The notes beneath the pieces were generated by a model. That model searched no databases. It worked only from the letters and a program-made list of their open reading frames with translations, and was not told the origin of the DNA. A stretch of 64,000 nt of DNA from positions 248,001 through 312,000 of the forward strand of contig NIVC01000344.1 in assembly GCA_002269645.1 (NCBI GenBank), given 5' to 3'. This document shows, one piece after another, positions 1 to 12,899 of the stretch (position 1 is the first letter of the stretch; the number at the start of each line of letters is the position of its first letter). The position numbers and the translations under genes are program-made. The stretch is from Macrostomum lignano (lineage: Eukaryota).

Positions 1-499
1 AAAAATCACAAAAATGCATGACACAGCTCCAATATTTGTTTTTATGAACCTATTTTATCATCTCTGTTACAAATATTTGCTACACAGTCGGGTAAGAATG
101 ATAAAATAGACTCATAAAACCAAAGAGCCGAGCCGTGGCATTCTAATGTATTTCAAGCACAAGACACGCGAAAATATACGAAGAATAAAAAATTAACATA
201 GAATCCTAATTTCCTGAACGAAAAGCTTTAAAAATATCGATAGAGCAATAAAAAAGGCACAACATATCAAAAGATGAACACTGGATCTGCCTCCTATCAA
301 ACGCAATAACAATTTTTGTGCTGAAAAAATGAAAACTTCCTATCTCCGTAGTGTATTTTTTCGGGAAAAAGTGCCTTCAAAACTTTTCTAAGAAACGAGG
401 TTTCCCGTCCTTCTACTTAAGTCGTCCTTGACTCTCAGTTGAGTGGCAATTCGGCCCAACAGTTCGACCATAGACAAAATTGGTCAGCAATCCGCATGC

Positions 500-857
500 T
501 GTAACTAAAGCCCAGGGAGACAGGGAGTGTGGGCTCATCGCGACAAAGAACGTCATGATCTATACGCAGCACCAACTGTCAGGGGCTAACCGGCAATTTT
601 TGTGGATGGTTGAAGGGAACCCTCAACTGCCGGCTACTCTTCTCCGCCTAAACATGGGTTGAGAGAAGCAGGTATTCTGAGTGCTCAAACATTTCGACGG
701 GGGATCAGGGAAAATCTGTCATAGAATGTTGCTCAGCTGCGGCAGGCGATAGCAGACGTCGCCTGGCAAAGACTTCCGCAGAATTGCCTTCATCCTGGGG
801 ATGCCTCGGCGAGTGTCTGCCTTACTGGCTGCTCGTGGTGGATACAAGCATTATTAA
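500..857 (+). pseudogene. Tc1-family transposase relic (C-terminal part, broken)
   Basis: 801-857 reads MPRRVSALLAARGGYKHY*, the typical Tc1 C-terminus (SMPRR..AVI.A.GG.TKY). Upstream VWAHRDKER..APTVRG resembles Tc1 RVWR..PTVKHGG. Frames are disrupted. Confidence 0.7.
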
Positions 858-1228
858 AAATTAAAATTCCCACTTCACAGTATTCAATTTCCTGTTGTCA
901 TTCGTTTTCCTGAAACTGTCATTCTCAATCCTGTCAATTGAGCGATGTGCATTTTCTAGCAATTTGAAAATCATTATTCACATTTTTATGCAGAACAATA
1001 TATTACGTCAAGCATGGTGAGACTGTAGGGTCAGGGAAACGTACTATACTACGCTCGTATTACATTATCGAATTCCTATTTACAATAGCTCTTGACCATA
1101 AATGTGACTGCAAGCCTTTCTTCAGCAGCGCTGATGCAGAGAAAAGCAGTCGTTAGGCCTCTAAGACCCTAGCTGGCAATTCAATTAGAGGATTTTGTGG
1201 TGCCAAATAACGGTTGCTTTAAGGCAGC

Positions 1229-1633
1229 TAGGGGTCGGCAAACTCTGGCCCTCGGCCACGTGCGGCCCGCAGAGCCTCTCTATCCGACCCTCGGGTCCTT
1301 TGAAACTTCACAATAGCAATTCGACCCGCTCTATGTTTGTGTCTCTTCTCAGCGCTCTTTTCTAATCTCCACTTTACTCTCAATTTCTCTCTCCTCTCTC
1401 GTCTCCATCGTCTCTCCTCACGTCTCCTCTCAATTCTCCTCATCTCCTCATCTTTCTCCTCTCTCCCCTCTCCTCTTCTCGCCACTTCAAGCTCCTTTAT
1501 TCTCTCGACTCTCCTTTCTTTTATCTCCCCTTCTCTCAGCTCCTAATTCCCTCTCCTCCCCCCTCCTCCGGCCCGCAGCCATTCTTAAGATTCTCTATCT
1601 GGCCCTTCAGGTAAAAAAGTTTGCCGATCCATG
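1229..1633 (+). mobile_element. hAT-like non-autonomous element (MITE) with internal CT-rich tract
   Basis: Termini TAGGGGTCGGCAAAC ... GTTTGCCGATCCATG are imperfect TIRs of the CAGGGGTCGGCAAAC hAT type. A related copy lies at 12900-13600. No clean 8-bp TSD seen. Confidence 0.65.
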
Positions 1634-3185
1634 TTCTGAGGTGACGTTTAGCTAAGTGCGGAGGCTAAGTTTCGGCAGATGCTGCAGCACATCCTGATCT
1701 GCTTGCTGGAGATCATTTTGTTTAGTTGAACCTTGGGCTTTAGGAGCAATATTGTGTGCTTTCTGAGTTTCCTGATTTCTGTTGATATTAAAAGCTTCGT
1801 TATATAATATTATGTGTGCAACGTTACAGCATTAAAAGGCCTAACTAAATTAAACCAAACAATTCACTCTAAAAGCGTTAAATTGTTGCTCCAACCGTTA
1901 AATTAATCGTCACGTCATCTATGGCCAAATTTGGTAGCAGTCAGCTGCGAGCTGCAGCGGCTGTGAGGTTTCTGTAAACTGGCGTTAATTGTTTGCTCGC
2001 TGCGTAAAGGAGACCGTTAAATGCTACATTAAAAATATAATATTAATAAAACGTATCGACATGCAAACAATCCGAGAGATTTTAGGTGCACAAAATATGA
2101 AGTATTAAAACAAATAAGGCTAGCATACTTGAACGCCATGACGTGTTACTGACTTTGGTAGAAATTGCCTAAAGATTAAAAACAATATAAAAAAATTTAA
2201 CGAGTCATATTGATGGCTTTTTATGCAGAATGCAGGATGTAAACAAAATCAAACATGCTGTTGTTTTTCGATCATGAAAAAGCACTAAAGAGACGGTTTA
2301 AAGTACTTTCTGTCTGCTCCAGATTTTTAAACGATTTTGCTGTTTTACTTGTATTACACATTTATTACATTTATTGCACATTGTATTACACTTTTATTTC
2401 TAGGCCTACATTCTACTTTATGATTAATTCCTCGTCTTTGCGAATTTAATGCTTTGGTCTTTGTTTAATATTTATTGTCGTTTGTCGGTACAATAGCATA
2501 CAATACAGTCCAGATACTGAGATACAACTAATTCTACTACTAAATGGCTGGCATAATGGCACTAGTGCCGGCATAATTTCTTTGTATTCTGAAAATGAAA
2601 GCATCAATCCTATATTACAAAAGCGATCAGTATGATTTTTTAAAATCATTTTTGATCATTTTTTCTGGCTTTGAGACATTCATACTGCTTGTCCCTCATA
2701 TCATAAGGTCTCTAGCTGGGCAACTATGCATAACTTAGACTCTTAGACCTTTTCAAAAATAAGGAGGCATGGCAACCACTAGCCTATTCCCCTTTTTGAT
2801 AATGATAATGATCATCACTAATTCATAATGAGCATAATCATATTGATAAGCTTTCTTTCTACCCAGTGCCGAATCTTTTATTAAAGGCTTAATATAATAT
2901 AAATTCAATTGTTAACATATACCTCTGCCTCTAACTAACCATTTGGCATTATTTTAGTAGGCCCCTATCAATATTGCTAATTCATAATTATTAATATTAT
3001 TTATGGCAGTTGTTATTGTTATGGTGATTACCATATATACTATAAATAGTAAGATGGTTATTTTTATGGTCCAAACACTTAAAACAAATACCATCTAAAG
3101 GAAGAAATAAACTTTCAGTGCTAATACTAGGGTGGTTAAATTAAAAAAAAAAGAAATATATTTTAAATAAAATATATTGATATCG

Positions 3186-3479
3186 TACATGCGCAACCTC
3201 CAAAATTCCGTCGGCCATGCAACTTAGTTTTAACAAAAATGCGACGTAGTTTTTGGCCAAAAATATGACTTACATGTAAAAAAACCCAAACACAAAATTG
3301 ACGCAACTTTGGGTAAACAGCAGGAGTAGCTATGACTGTCTTATTAAGTCGAAATGCCTTGTCAGCTATTTAGTACAACTACTTTGGTATTTTTTCAGGT
3401 TGGCATTTTTGCGACTTCCTTGGTTGGCCACCAAATTGGTTGGCCAGATCGGCCGACTTGGCTGACTGTTGCGCATGTA
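3186..3479 (+). mobile_element. 294-bp MITE copy 1 (TA-flanked)
   Basis: Begins TA-CATGCGCAAC and ends GTTGCGCATG-TA (TIR plus TA). Alignable in reverse complement to 3710-4003. Confidence 0.75.
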
Positions 3480-3709
3480 TGATTGATATAATAATAACTT
3501 CTTATGGTTCTTATCACAGAACCATAGTAATTTTATAGTATTTATTATTGTAGACAATTGTTAATATTATGGTGACTATATAAATAACAAAATGGTTTAT
3601 TATTGTCAATGTATAACTTTCCATAAAACACTATCTGGGCCTAAGGTTTTGACTTAATGTAGCCATGTAAATAAAGCCAAGTGAAACTGCTTTTGTTATA
3701 ATCATTGCA

Positions 3710-4003
3710 TACATGCGCAACAGTCGGCCGAGTCGGCCGATCCGGCCGACCGATTTGGCGGCCAATCAAGGAAGTCGCAAAAATGCCCACCCAAAAAATA
3801 ACCTGAAGAGTAGTACTAAGTAGCTGACGAGGCATTTTAGCTTAATAAAACAGTCATAGTTACTCCTGCCGTTTACCCAAAGTTGCGTTAATTTTGCTTT
3901 CGGGTTTTTTTATATGTAAGTCGCATTTTTGGCCAAAAACTACGTCGCATTTTTGTTAAAACTAAGTCGCACGGCTGACCGAATTTTGGAGGTTGCACAT
4001 GTA
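3710..4003 (-). mobile_element. 294-bp MITE copy 2 (inverted relative to copy 1)
   Basis: TA-CATGCGCAAC ... GTTGCACATG-TA; reverse complement of 3186-3479 along its length with scattered mismatches. Confidence 0.75.
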
Positions 4004-4241
4004 TGAATCATTGTATGAAAGGTGTCCAAAAAGTAGTGATACTTTTAACCATAGCTCTCATTCTATAGCTTCCTGTGATTTAAAATATTATGAACTAATA
4101 GTGGCAAATCTCTTCTACAGAGTGTTTTTTGAATTTTTAATATTGATACCAGAGAACAAAAGTTATACCCATGAAAGTACCTGTACCATAGAGTTACACA
4201 AATTATAGGCTGAGCTTCACAAGATCCATGCCAAGTAAGCT

Positions 4242-4466
4242 TCAATAAATTGTTGATTTTGGCTTATCCAACTTGTTAGTCATCTCTCTAATGGTAATTT
4301 GGGAGTCCTTGTCAAGAAGATCCAGAATGGAGTCCGCCAGTACACCAGGTTGATGAACATATGGCCACCCTATCCAATGCTGATCTACCAAGTCAGTCCT
4401 TCCCTCGCTGAACTGCTCCATCCATCGATAAACTGTCATTTTGCTGACTGCAGAGAATCCATGCAC
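4242..4466 (-). pseudogene. mariner transposase fragment (N-terminal HTH region)
   Basis: VSKMTVYRWMEQFSEGRTDLVDQHWIGWP...ILDLLDKDSQITIREMTNKLDKPKSTIY matches the mariner pattern (TV.RW...F..G..L.D..RSGRP; IT.RE.A..L...STV). Confidence 0.75.
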
Positions 4467-4981
4467 AGAGCAAAGTACTATAAAGCATTTATTCTTTCTA
4501 ATTTTAGCATTTAATTTCTAGCTTATAATTTAAGTACCTAAAAGCAAAGTACAATACCAAAAAGCAGAGGTATAAAGTAGGTATAAAATAAGTTTTGTGA
4601 TGCAAAAATATCAGCTTAATTTCCAAAATTGCACATTAAAATTTGACATTTTGTGCAAAATAGCTTAATTTCTAGATAAAAAGCTAGGGATATTTTATAA
4701 TTTTAATTAGTTTATGATGTAATCTTGACTTACTGGTAGTATATATACTTTTTACTTCTATGGGTTGTCTAAGACGTTCTTTTGAAAAGAAGACTAAAAT
4801 ACTTAATAAAAAAAACCATGTTATATTCAATTGTTAGTTTGAAATTAAAGTTGTAAGTTTACTATACACAGCAATAGTTATTAAAATTTTATGCTAGTGA
4901 AGTGGCATTGCTCTTCTATTCCAACTGGACCACCTTATTTGTTGTGCCACAAGGCATACACACAGCAATAGGCTAACAAAT

Positions 4982-5095
4982 ATGTCTCACAAGGAGATAA
5001 TGTTCAAAGGTTGGCTGGTTAAATCGCCACCATTTCAACCTTCCAAAGGATCTAAGCCTCCTAGTATATTTCGAAGGCCAGAAAGACTGCAGCCT
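4982..5095 (+). CDS. Gab/dos: Gab/DOS docking protein, exon 1 (PH domain start)
   Basis: ATG at 4982, MSHKEIMFKGWLVKSPP...LQP, then GTAAGT donor at 5096 (phase 0). GWL.KSPP is the Gab/DOS PH signature. Confidence 0.88.
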
Positions 5096-5331
5096 GTAAG
5101 TTGACTTCTTTTTGTTTGGGGAGGAGGATTCTGCTTTACAAAGTTTGAATGGAATATTTTGAAATGCTTTTGTGAAAGTATGAGAAACTAAGCTTTACAA
5201 TAGCATGATGTCTACTAGAATTTTAAAGGGGGTTGATTTTGTATCACTAGAGTAGGTAGATAGCAGTGCACTGAATTACTAGAGTATCTACTAGAGTAGG
5301 TAGATCTAGAGTAAGGTGCACAGATGGAGGG

Positions 5332-6008
5332 ACCAGAGTGGTTAGCAGTGCACTGAGGGTTCAGTGTGGTTAGCAGTGCAATGAGAGATCAGAGTGGTTA
5401 GCAGTGCACTGAGGGATCAGAGGGGTTAGCGGTGCACTGAGGGATCAGAGGGGTTAGCAGTGCAATGAGGGATCAGAGGGGTTAGCAGTGCACTGAGGGA
5501 TCAGAGGGGTTAGCAGTGCAATGAGGGATCAGAGGGGTTAGCAGTGCACTGAGGGATCAGAGGGGTTAGCAGTGCAATGAGGGATCAGAGTGGTTAGCAG
5601 TGCACTGAGGGTTCAGTGTGGTTAGCAGTGCAATGAGAGATCAGAGGGGTTAGCAGTGCACTGAGGGATCAGAGGGGTTAGCGGTGCACTGAGGGATCAG
5701 AGGGGTTAGCAGTGCAATGAGGGATCAGAGGGGTTAGCGGTGCACTGAGGGATCAGAGGGGTTAGCGGTGCACTGAGGGATCAGAGGGGTTAGCAGTGCA
5801 ATGAGGGATCAGAGGGGTTAGCGGTGCACTGAGGGATCAGAGGGGTTAGCGGTGCACTGAGAGATCAGAGGGGTTAGCGGTGCACTGAGGGATCAGAGGG
5901 GTTAGCGGTGCACTGAGAGATCAGAGGGGTTTGCGGTGCACTGAGGGATCAGAGGGGTTTGCAGTGCACTGAGGGATCAGAGGGGTTTGCAGTGCACTGA
6001 GGGATCAG
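5332..6008. repeat. 28-bp minisatellite in Gab intron 1
   Basis: Unit GCAGTGCACTGAGGGATCAGAGGGGTTA. Confidence 0.95.
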
Positions 6009-6099
6009 TAGGGTTTGTAGTGCACTTGATGGAAGCCAGAAAGAAGCCAAAAGTTCCCAAGTCTAAAGCCTGTTCAAATCCCATTGTATTTCCACTTAG

Positions 6100-6632
6100 C
6101 GCTGGCGCCGGCGCTACTTTGTACTGTCGAAGGTGTACACCAGCCCTATTCGCTATCGCTTGGCCTATTTCGAAGACGACTTGCAGACCAAACTGAAAGG
6201 CGAAGTCAACCTGGATGACGCCAGCAACATCACTACGCATGTTATACCGCCTGCCTATCTATTAAACAAGCTGCCGCCAAAATTATTGCGCGCTCCGGCC
6301 GAGCAGACTCCATTCTTTCTGCTTGAAACTATTCACAGGCGGCATCAGCGCACCTATTATTTTATGCCGGAGAGTCAGACTCAGATGGAGCGCTGGGTTA
6401 ACTGTTTAAGCGAGGCCTGCAATCTGGGCGAAGACGAATTCTCGCTGGATATGGCTCCTCCGGCTGATTTTAGTGACACGGCCAATTCATCTTTTCCACC
6501 AATGCAGGGCAATGGATTCTTGACTGTGCAGCAAAATCCTCAGAGACAGCTTCTCATGATGCAGCAGCAGCAGTTGCATGCCCCTGCTCGTTTCCCCGTT
6601 CAGGGCGGCTTTTTTGATAGCGGCAGTCTCAG
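6100..6632 (+). CDS. Gab/dos: Gab/DOS docking protein, exon 2 (rest of PH domain)
   Basis: Acceptor ttccacttAG at 6098-6099; RWRRRYFVL...GEVNLD...RTYYFMPESQTQMERWVNCL; donor GTGAGC at 6633 (phase 2). Confidence 0.9.
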
Positions 6633-6642
6633 GTGAGCATTC

Positions 6643-9416
6643 GGCTCCCCTGTGCAACCAGCCCCTGATCCTCCCCTGTGCAGCTCCCCTGTGCAACCCG
6701 CTCCCCTGAGCTCCCCTGTGCAACCCGCTCCCCTGCTCCTCCTGTGCAACCCGCCCCTGATCCTTCAGCTTCTCTGTGCAACCCGCTCCCCTGATCCTTC
6801 AGCTCCCCTGTGCAACCAGCTCCCCTGTGCAACCCGCTCCCCTGATCCTTCAGCTCCCCTGTGCAACCAGCTCCCCTGTGCAACCCGCTCCCCTGATCCT
6901 TCAGCTCCCCTGTGCAAACCAGCTCCCCTGTGCAACCCAGCTCCCCTGATCCTTCAGCTCCCTGTGCAACCCGCCCCTGATCCTTCAGCTCCCCTGTGCA
7001 ACCCGCTCCCCTGATCCTTCAGCTCCCCTGTGCAACCAGCCCCTGATCCTTCAGCTCCCCTGTGTGCAACCCGCTCCCCTGATCCTTCAGCTCCCCTGTG
7101 CAACCCGCCCCTGATCCTTCAGCTCCCCTGTGCAACCCGCGCCCCTGATCCTTCAGCTCCCCTGTGCAACCGCCCCTGATCCTTCAGCTCCCCTGTGCAA
7201 CCCGCTCCCCTGATCCTTCAGCTCCCCTGTGCAACCAGCCCCTGATCCTTCAGCTCCCCTGTGCAACCCGCGCCCCTGATCCTTCAGCTCCTCTGTGCAA
7301 CCCGCGCCCCTGATCCTTCAGCTCCCTGTAACCCGGCTCCCCTGTGCAACCCGCTCCCCTGATCCTTCAGCTCCTCTGTGCAACCCGCGCCCCTGATCCT
7401 TCAGCTCCCCTGTGCAACCAGCTCCCCTGTGCAACCAGCCCCTGATCCTTCAGCTCCTCTGTGCAACCAGCCCCTGATCCTTCAGCTCCCCTGTGCAACC
7501 AGCTCCCCTGTGCAACCAGCCCCTGATCCTTCAGCTCCTCTGTGCAACCAGCCCCTGATCCTTCAGCTCCCCTGTGCAACCCGCTCCCCTGATCCTTCAG
7601 CTCCCCTGTGCAACCCGCTCCCCTGATCCTTCAGCTCCTCTGTGCAACCCGCGCACCTGATCCTTCAGCTCCCCTGTGCAACCAGCTCCCCTGATCCTTC
7701 AGCTCCCCTGTGCAACCAGCCCCTGATCCTTCAGCTCCCCTGTGCAACCCGCTCCCCTGATCCTTCAGCTCCCCTGTGCAACCCGCGCCACTGATCCTTC
7801 AGCTCCCCTGTGCAACTGCAACCCGCGCCCCTGATCCTTCAGCTCCCCTGTGCAACCCGCTCCCCTGATCCTTCGGCTCCCCTGTGCAACCCGCTCCCCT
7901 GATCCTTCAGCTCCCCTGTGCAACCAGCCCCTGATCCTTCAGCTCCCCTGTGCAACCCGCGCCCCTGATCCTTCAGCTCCTCTGTGCAACCAGCCCCTGA
8001 TCCTTCGGCTCCCCTGTGCAACCCGCTCCCCTGATCCTTCAGCTCCCCTGTGCAACCAGCCCCTGATCCTTCAGCTCCCCTGTGCAACCCGCTCCCCTGA
8101 TCCTTCAGCTCCTCTGTGCAACCCGCGCCACTGATCCTTCAGCTCCCCTGTGCAACTGCAACCCGCTCCCCTGATCCTTCGGCTCCCCTGTGCAACCCGC
8201 TCCCCTGATCCTTCGGCTCCCCTGTGCAACCCGCTCCCCTGATCCTTCAGCTCCTCTGTGCAACCCGCGCCCCTGATCCTTCAGCTCCTCTGTGCAACCA
8301 GCCCCTGATCCTTCAGCTCCCCTGTGCAACTGCAACCCGCGCCCCTGATCCTTCAGCTCCCCTGTGCAATCCGCTCCCCTGATCCTTCGGCTCCCCTGTG
8401 CAACCCGCTCCCCTGATCCTTCAGCTCCCCTGTGCAACCAGCCCCTGATCCTTCAGCTCCCCTGTGCAACCCGCGCCCCTGATCCTTCAGCTCCTCTGTG
8501 CAACCCGCGCCCCTGATCCTTCAGCTCCCCTGTGCAACCAGCCCCTGATCCTTCAGCTCCTCTGTGCAACCAGCCCCTGATCCTTCAGCTCCTCTGTGCA
8601 ACCCGCGCCCCTGATCCTTCAGCTCCCCTGTGCAACCAGCCCCTGATCCTTCAGCTCCCCTGTGCAACCCGCTCCCCTGATCCTTCAGCTCCTCTGTGCA
8701 ACCCGCTCCCCTGATCCTTCAGCTCCCCTGTGCAACCCGCTCCCCTGATCCTTCAGCTCCCCTGTGCAACCCGCTCCCCTGATCCTTCAGCTCCTCTGTG
8801 CAACCAGCTCCCCTGATCCTTCAGCTCCCCTGTGCAACCCGCTCCCCTGATCCTTCAGCTCCCCTGTGCAACTGCAACCCGCGCCCCTGATCCTTCAGCT
8901 CCCCTGTGCAATCCGCTCCCCTGATCCTTCGGCTCCCCTGTGCAACCCGCTCCCCTGATCCTTCAGCTCCCCTGTGCAACCAGCCCCTGATCCTTCAGCT
9001 CCCCTGTGCAACCCGCGCCCCTGATCCTTCAGCTCCTCTGTGCAACCCGCGCCCCTGATCCTTCAGCTCCCCTGTGCAACCAGCCCCTGATCCTTCAGCT
9101 CCTCTGTGCAACCAGCCCCTGATCCTTCAGCTCCCCTGTGCAACCCGCTCCCCTGATCCTTCAGCTCCCCTGTGCAACCCGCTCCCCTGATCCTTCAGCT
9201 CCCCTGTGCAACCCGCTCCCCTGATCCTTCAGCTCCTCTGTGCAACCCGCTCCCCTGATCCTTCAGCTCCCCTGTGCAACCCGCTCCCCTGATCCTTCAG
9301 CTCCCCTGTGCAACCCGCTCCCCTGATCCTTCAGCTCCTCTGTGCAACCAGCTCCCCTGATCCTTCAGCTCCCCTGTGCAACCCGCTCCCCTGATCCTTC
9401 AGCTCCCCTGTGCAAC
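6643..9416. repeat. about 33-34-bp minisatellite (2.8 kb) in Gab intron 2
   Basis: Unit CCCCTGATCCTTCAGCTCCCCTGTGCAACCCGCT with variants; starts about 10 nt after the donor. Confidence 0.95.
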
Positions 9417-9541
9417 TGAATAATGACTAAGAAAGATGACTAAGATGACTCCGACTAGCCAGTTTTTTGCACTGAGCCTGACTATCTTGTGTCAATCTCA
9501 ATGTTAAACCTTACTCTCGCTAACCCTGACTATACAAGCAG

Positions 9542-10520
9542 GCACTCGCCAGGTCGGCCTCAGTTGAACTCTCCCGGCTGGCAGCAGCCATCCAGCCCAG
9601 CCGCTCACCAAGACAACGAGTACCGGGTCCCGCCACCAGGAAACAGAAGCAATTACACAGAGGACGAGTACCGGGTCCCGCCACCAGGCAATAGAAGCAT
9701 TTACACAGAGGATGAGTACCGGGTCCCGCCACCAGTCAACAGAAGCAATTACACAGAGGACGAGTACCGGCTGCCACCGCCAGCTAGGAATCGGGACTCT
9801 GATGAAGACGATTACAGACTGCCTCCGCCTGTAGGAGGGAATCGCGAGTTATCCCAGGATGAAGATGACTATCGTCTGCCGCCAGCCTCCCAGCAGCAGC
9901 AGCAGGAGCAGGAGAATGCCACTGCGGACCCAGACGCCAGTCAGTACATCAATCTGTCTAGCACTAGCACTAGGGTTAGCGTCGATCGTATTCAGTTCTT
10001 TAACAACAACAACAACAATAATATTAATAACAATAGTAAGAGTGGCAATAACGATAGTTATCAAAGTAGTAGTAGCGGCGGAGCTGCTAGGGCGGTGCCG
10101 CAGCCTCAGCAGAGCCTGCAGCCGCCTCCGCCTGTGCCAACTCGAACCAGCGCTGGTGGCGACCCCAATAGCAGCGGCGGCGTCGACTATATGAACGTCA
10201 AGAAGCTGTCGCCCCTGTCGCGGGTCTACTCCCTCCGTCGGACTCAGTCGCCTTCGCCGAGTCGTGCGCCGCCGCCGCCGCCGGGCGAGGATGCAGTCGA
10301 CGAGCCGGAGCCGCTGCTGCTGCCGCGTCGCCGAAGCGAACGAGATGCGTCTGGCAGCCGAGTTAAACCCACGGCAGCTGACGCGGCCGCTCTGGCAGCC
10401 TCGGAGTCGTCTTCTCTAGTTGAATCCGACGATGACAGCAGCTCGGATGATAACAATGACGAAATTGATGGCGGCGCCGTTGACGATAGCGAGGTCACCG
10501 GGGCCACTGTTGGCTTGCCG
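9542..10520 (+). CDS. Gab/dos: Gab/DOS docking protein, exon 3 (disordered Tyr/Pro-rich region)
   Basis: Phase-2 acceptor gcAG at 9540-9541; six YRxP motifs, YINL, YMNV, PPPPVPTR; donor GTGAGT at 10521 (phase 0). The acceptor position is inferred from phase. Confidence 0.8.
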
Positions 10521-10689
10521 GTGAGTTATTCTCCATATGCTTAATCATATAGCCGGTGGTTTAATCAATAGGACAAAACTGCACCAGTTTGACAAGTTTA
10601 TGCCATAGACAACTGCACCAATTATCACCAGCTTAAAGCCATAGGAGTTTTCTATCCACTATGCCAAATTTCATTCTAAATTCATTTCT

Positions 10690-11205
10690 AAACCTAAAGC
10701 CATAGACAGCTAAAGTTCGGTCTAAACCTAAAGCCATAGACAGCTAAAGTTCGGTCTAAACCTAAAGCCATAGACAATAACAGTTCATTCTAAACCTTAG
10801 ACCATAGACAATAACAGTTCATTCTAAACCTTAGACCATAGACAATAACAGTTCATTCTAAACCTTAGACCATAGACAATAACAGTTCATTCTAAACCTT
10901 AGACCATAGACAATAACAGTTCATTCTAAACCTTAAGCCATAGACAATAACAGTTCATTCTAAACCTTAAGCCATAGACAATAACAGTTCATTCTAAACC
11001 TTAGACCATAGACAATAACAGTTCATTCTAAACCTTAAGCCATAGACAATAACAGTTCATTCTAAACCTTAGACCATAGACAATAACAGTTCATTCTAAA
11101 CCTTAAGCCATAGACAATAACAGTTCATTCTAAACCTTAAGCCATAGACAATAACAGTTCATTCTAAACCTTAAGCCATAGACAATAACAGTTCATTCTA
11201 AACCT
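10690..11205. repeat. 34-bp minisatellite in Gab intron 3
   Basis: Unit ACCATAGACAATAACAGTTCATTCTAAACCTTAG. Confidence 0.95.
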
Positions 11206-11734
11206 AAAAGCATCTAAACGCATCGCGCGTACGTAGCTGATACCTATTGTTAGGGGATTCTGGTAATTTTTTTGTTGTAGAGACTTGATTTTTTATGTAA
11301 AATGCCAGTAATTATTACTGATATATTGCTGTAACTAACTGTACATTCTTATATTAACTCTTGCCTCGATTGTCCTTCCAATTCTAATTTTCAGCCAAGA
11401 TCCTGATTTTAAATAGGATAGCTGAGTGAATCGTTTCTATTGCATTCAATAAATTTTTACCAAAAATCAAAGCGTAAGCAGAAAGATAAAAAGAAGCCTA
11501 AAAAGTTTTTTAAGACACCAGCCTGAGCTGTTGCTGTTTTTCTCTGTGTAAGTACTCTGTTTGTTCGCTTTATCACTATCTAAATTAGCAGGATTAAACA
11601 TTAATTATTTGCTAATTCTTTTTTTTAAATCGCTTTCTAATTAATACAAGTAGTTTTTGCGTTAATTTAATTCAAACGAAGTATTTATCAATACATTTAA
11701 GTTTTTTGATCGCTCAAATTTTGCAATCCTAAAT

Positions 11735-12412
11735 CTCGCCCAATAAACCCAAGCTTTCATATTCTTTAATCTCCCCCAGTAAACCCAAGCTTTCACAGTC
11801 CTTAATCTCCCCATTAAACCCAAGCTTTCACAGTCCTTAATCTCGCCCAATAAACCCAAGCTTTCATAGTCCTTAATCTCGCCCAATAAACCCAAGCTTT
11901 CACAGTCCTTAATCTCCCCATTAAACCCAAGCTTTCACAGTCCTTAATCTCGCCCAATAAACCCAAGCTTTCATAGTCCTTAATCTCGCCCAATAAACCC
12001 AAGCTTTCACAGTCCTTAATCTCGCCCAATAAACCCAAGCTTTCACAGTCCCTAATCTCCCCCAATAAACCCGAACTTTCACAGTCCTTAATCCCCCCAA
12101 TAAACCCAAGATTTCACAGTCCCTAATCTCCCCCAATAAACCCGAACTTTCACAGTCCTTAATCCCCCCAATAAACCCAAACTTTCACAGTCCCTAATCT
12201 CCCCAATAAACCCGAACTTTCACAGTCCTTAATCCCCCCAATAAACCCAAGATTTCACAGTCCCTAATCTCCCCCAATAAACCCGAACTTTCACAGTCCC
12301 TAATCTCCCCCAATAAACCCGAACTTTCACAGTCCCTAATCTCCCCCAATAAACCCGAACTTTCACAGTCCCTAATCTCCCCAATAAACCCAAACTTTCA
12401 CAGTCGTTAATT
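11735..12412. repeat. 36-bp minisatellite in Gab intron 3
   Basis: Unit AATAAACCCAAGCTTTCACAGTCCTTAATCTCGCCC. Confidence 0.95.
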
Positions 12413-12673
12413 TCAAATAAACCCTAATGTTGAGTCTGAGGTCCCTCATTATGCTAAGATTGCCAATTCCAATAATATTTTCATTAATTTGAAGTTTCAC
12501 CTATTTTTAAATTATTTGTTTTGCTGTGTATCTCCTAAAAAATCTGACTTCTACATTAATTCGCGTATTTTTCATCTCACTATTTGTTAGTTTTTAACTA
12601 TAGACTATCACTGCCTGGTTTTAAACAATACTTCATCTATATACTCCTAATCTATTGCGCAACCAACTTACAG

Positions 12674-12853
12674 CAGGTAATCGACTATGCTCAAATAGAC
12701 ATTAGCGGTCTGCACGTTGCGGCTCTCGACAGCGGCAGGTCAGACAAAGTCGCCGATCTCACCAATAAAATGAACGGCCAAGTTCAGTACCTTGAAGTTG
12801 ACGTGCGACGTACTGCCGCCTTAGCTGAGATGTCCGTTAAACCCACTTTGTAA
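12674..12853 (+). CDS. Gab/dos: Gab/DOS docking protein, exon 4 (SHP2-binding C-terminus)
   Basis: Tandem CAGCAG acceptor (12674 or 12677); VIDYAQID...VQYLEVDVRRTAAL resembles Gab1 VEYLDLD...VDYVVVDQQKTLAL; stop TAA at 12851-12853. Confidence 0.85.
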   Translation, partial: QVIDYAQIDISGLHVAALDSGRSDKVADLTNKMNGQVQYLEVDVRRTAALAEMSVKPTL

Positions 12854-12899
12854 CACTGCTTGATTTGCTATTAGGCGTGTTGTGTACAGTAGCTTTTAT

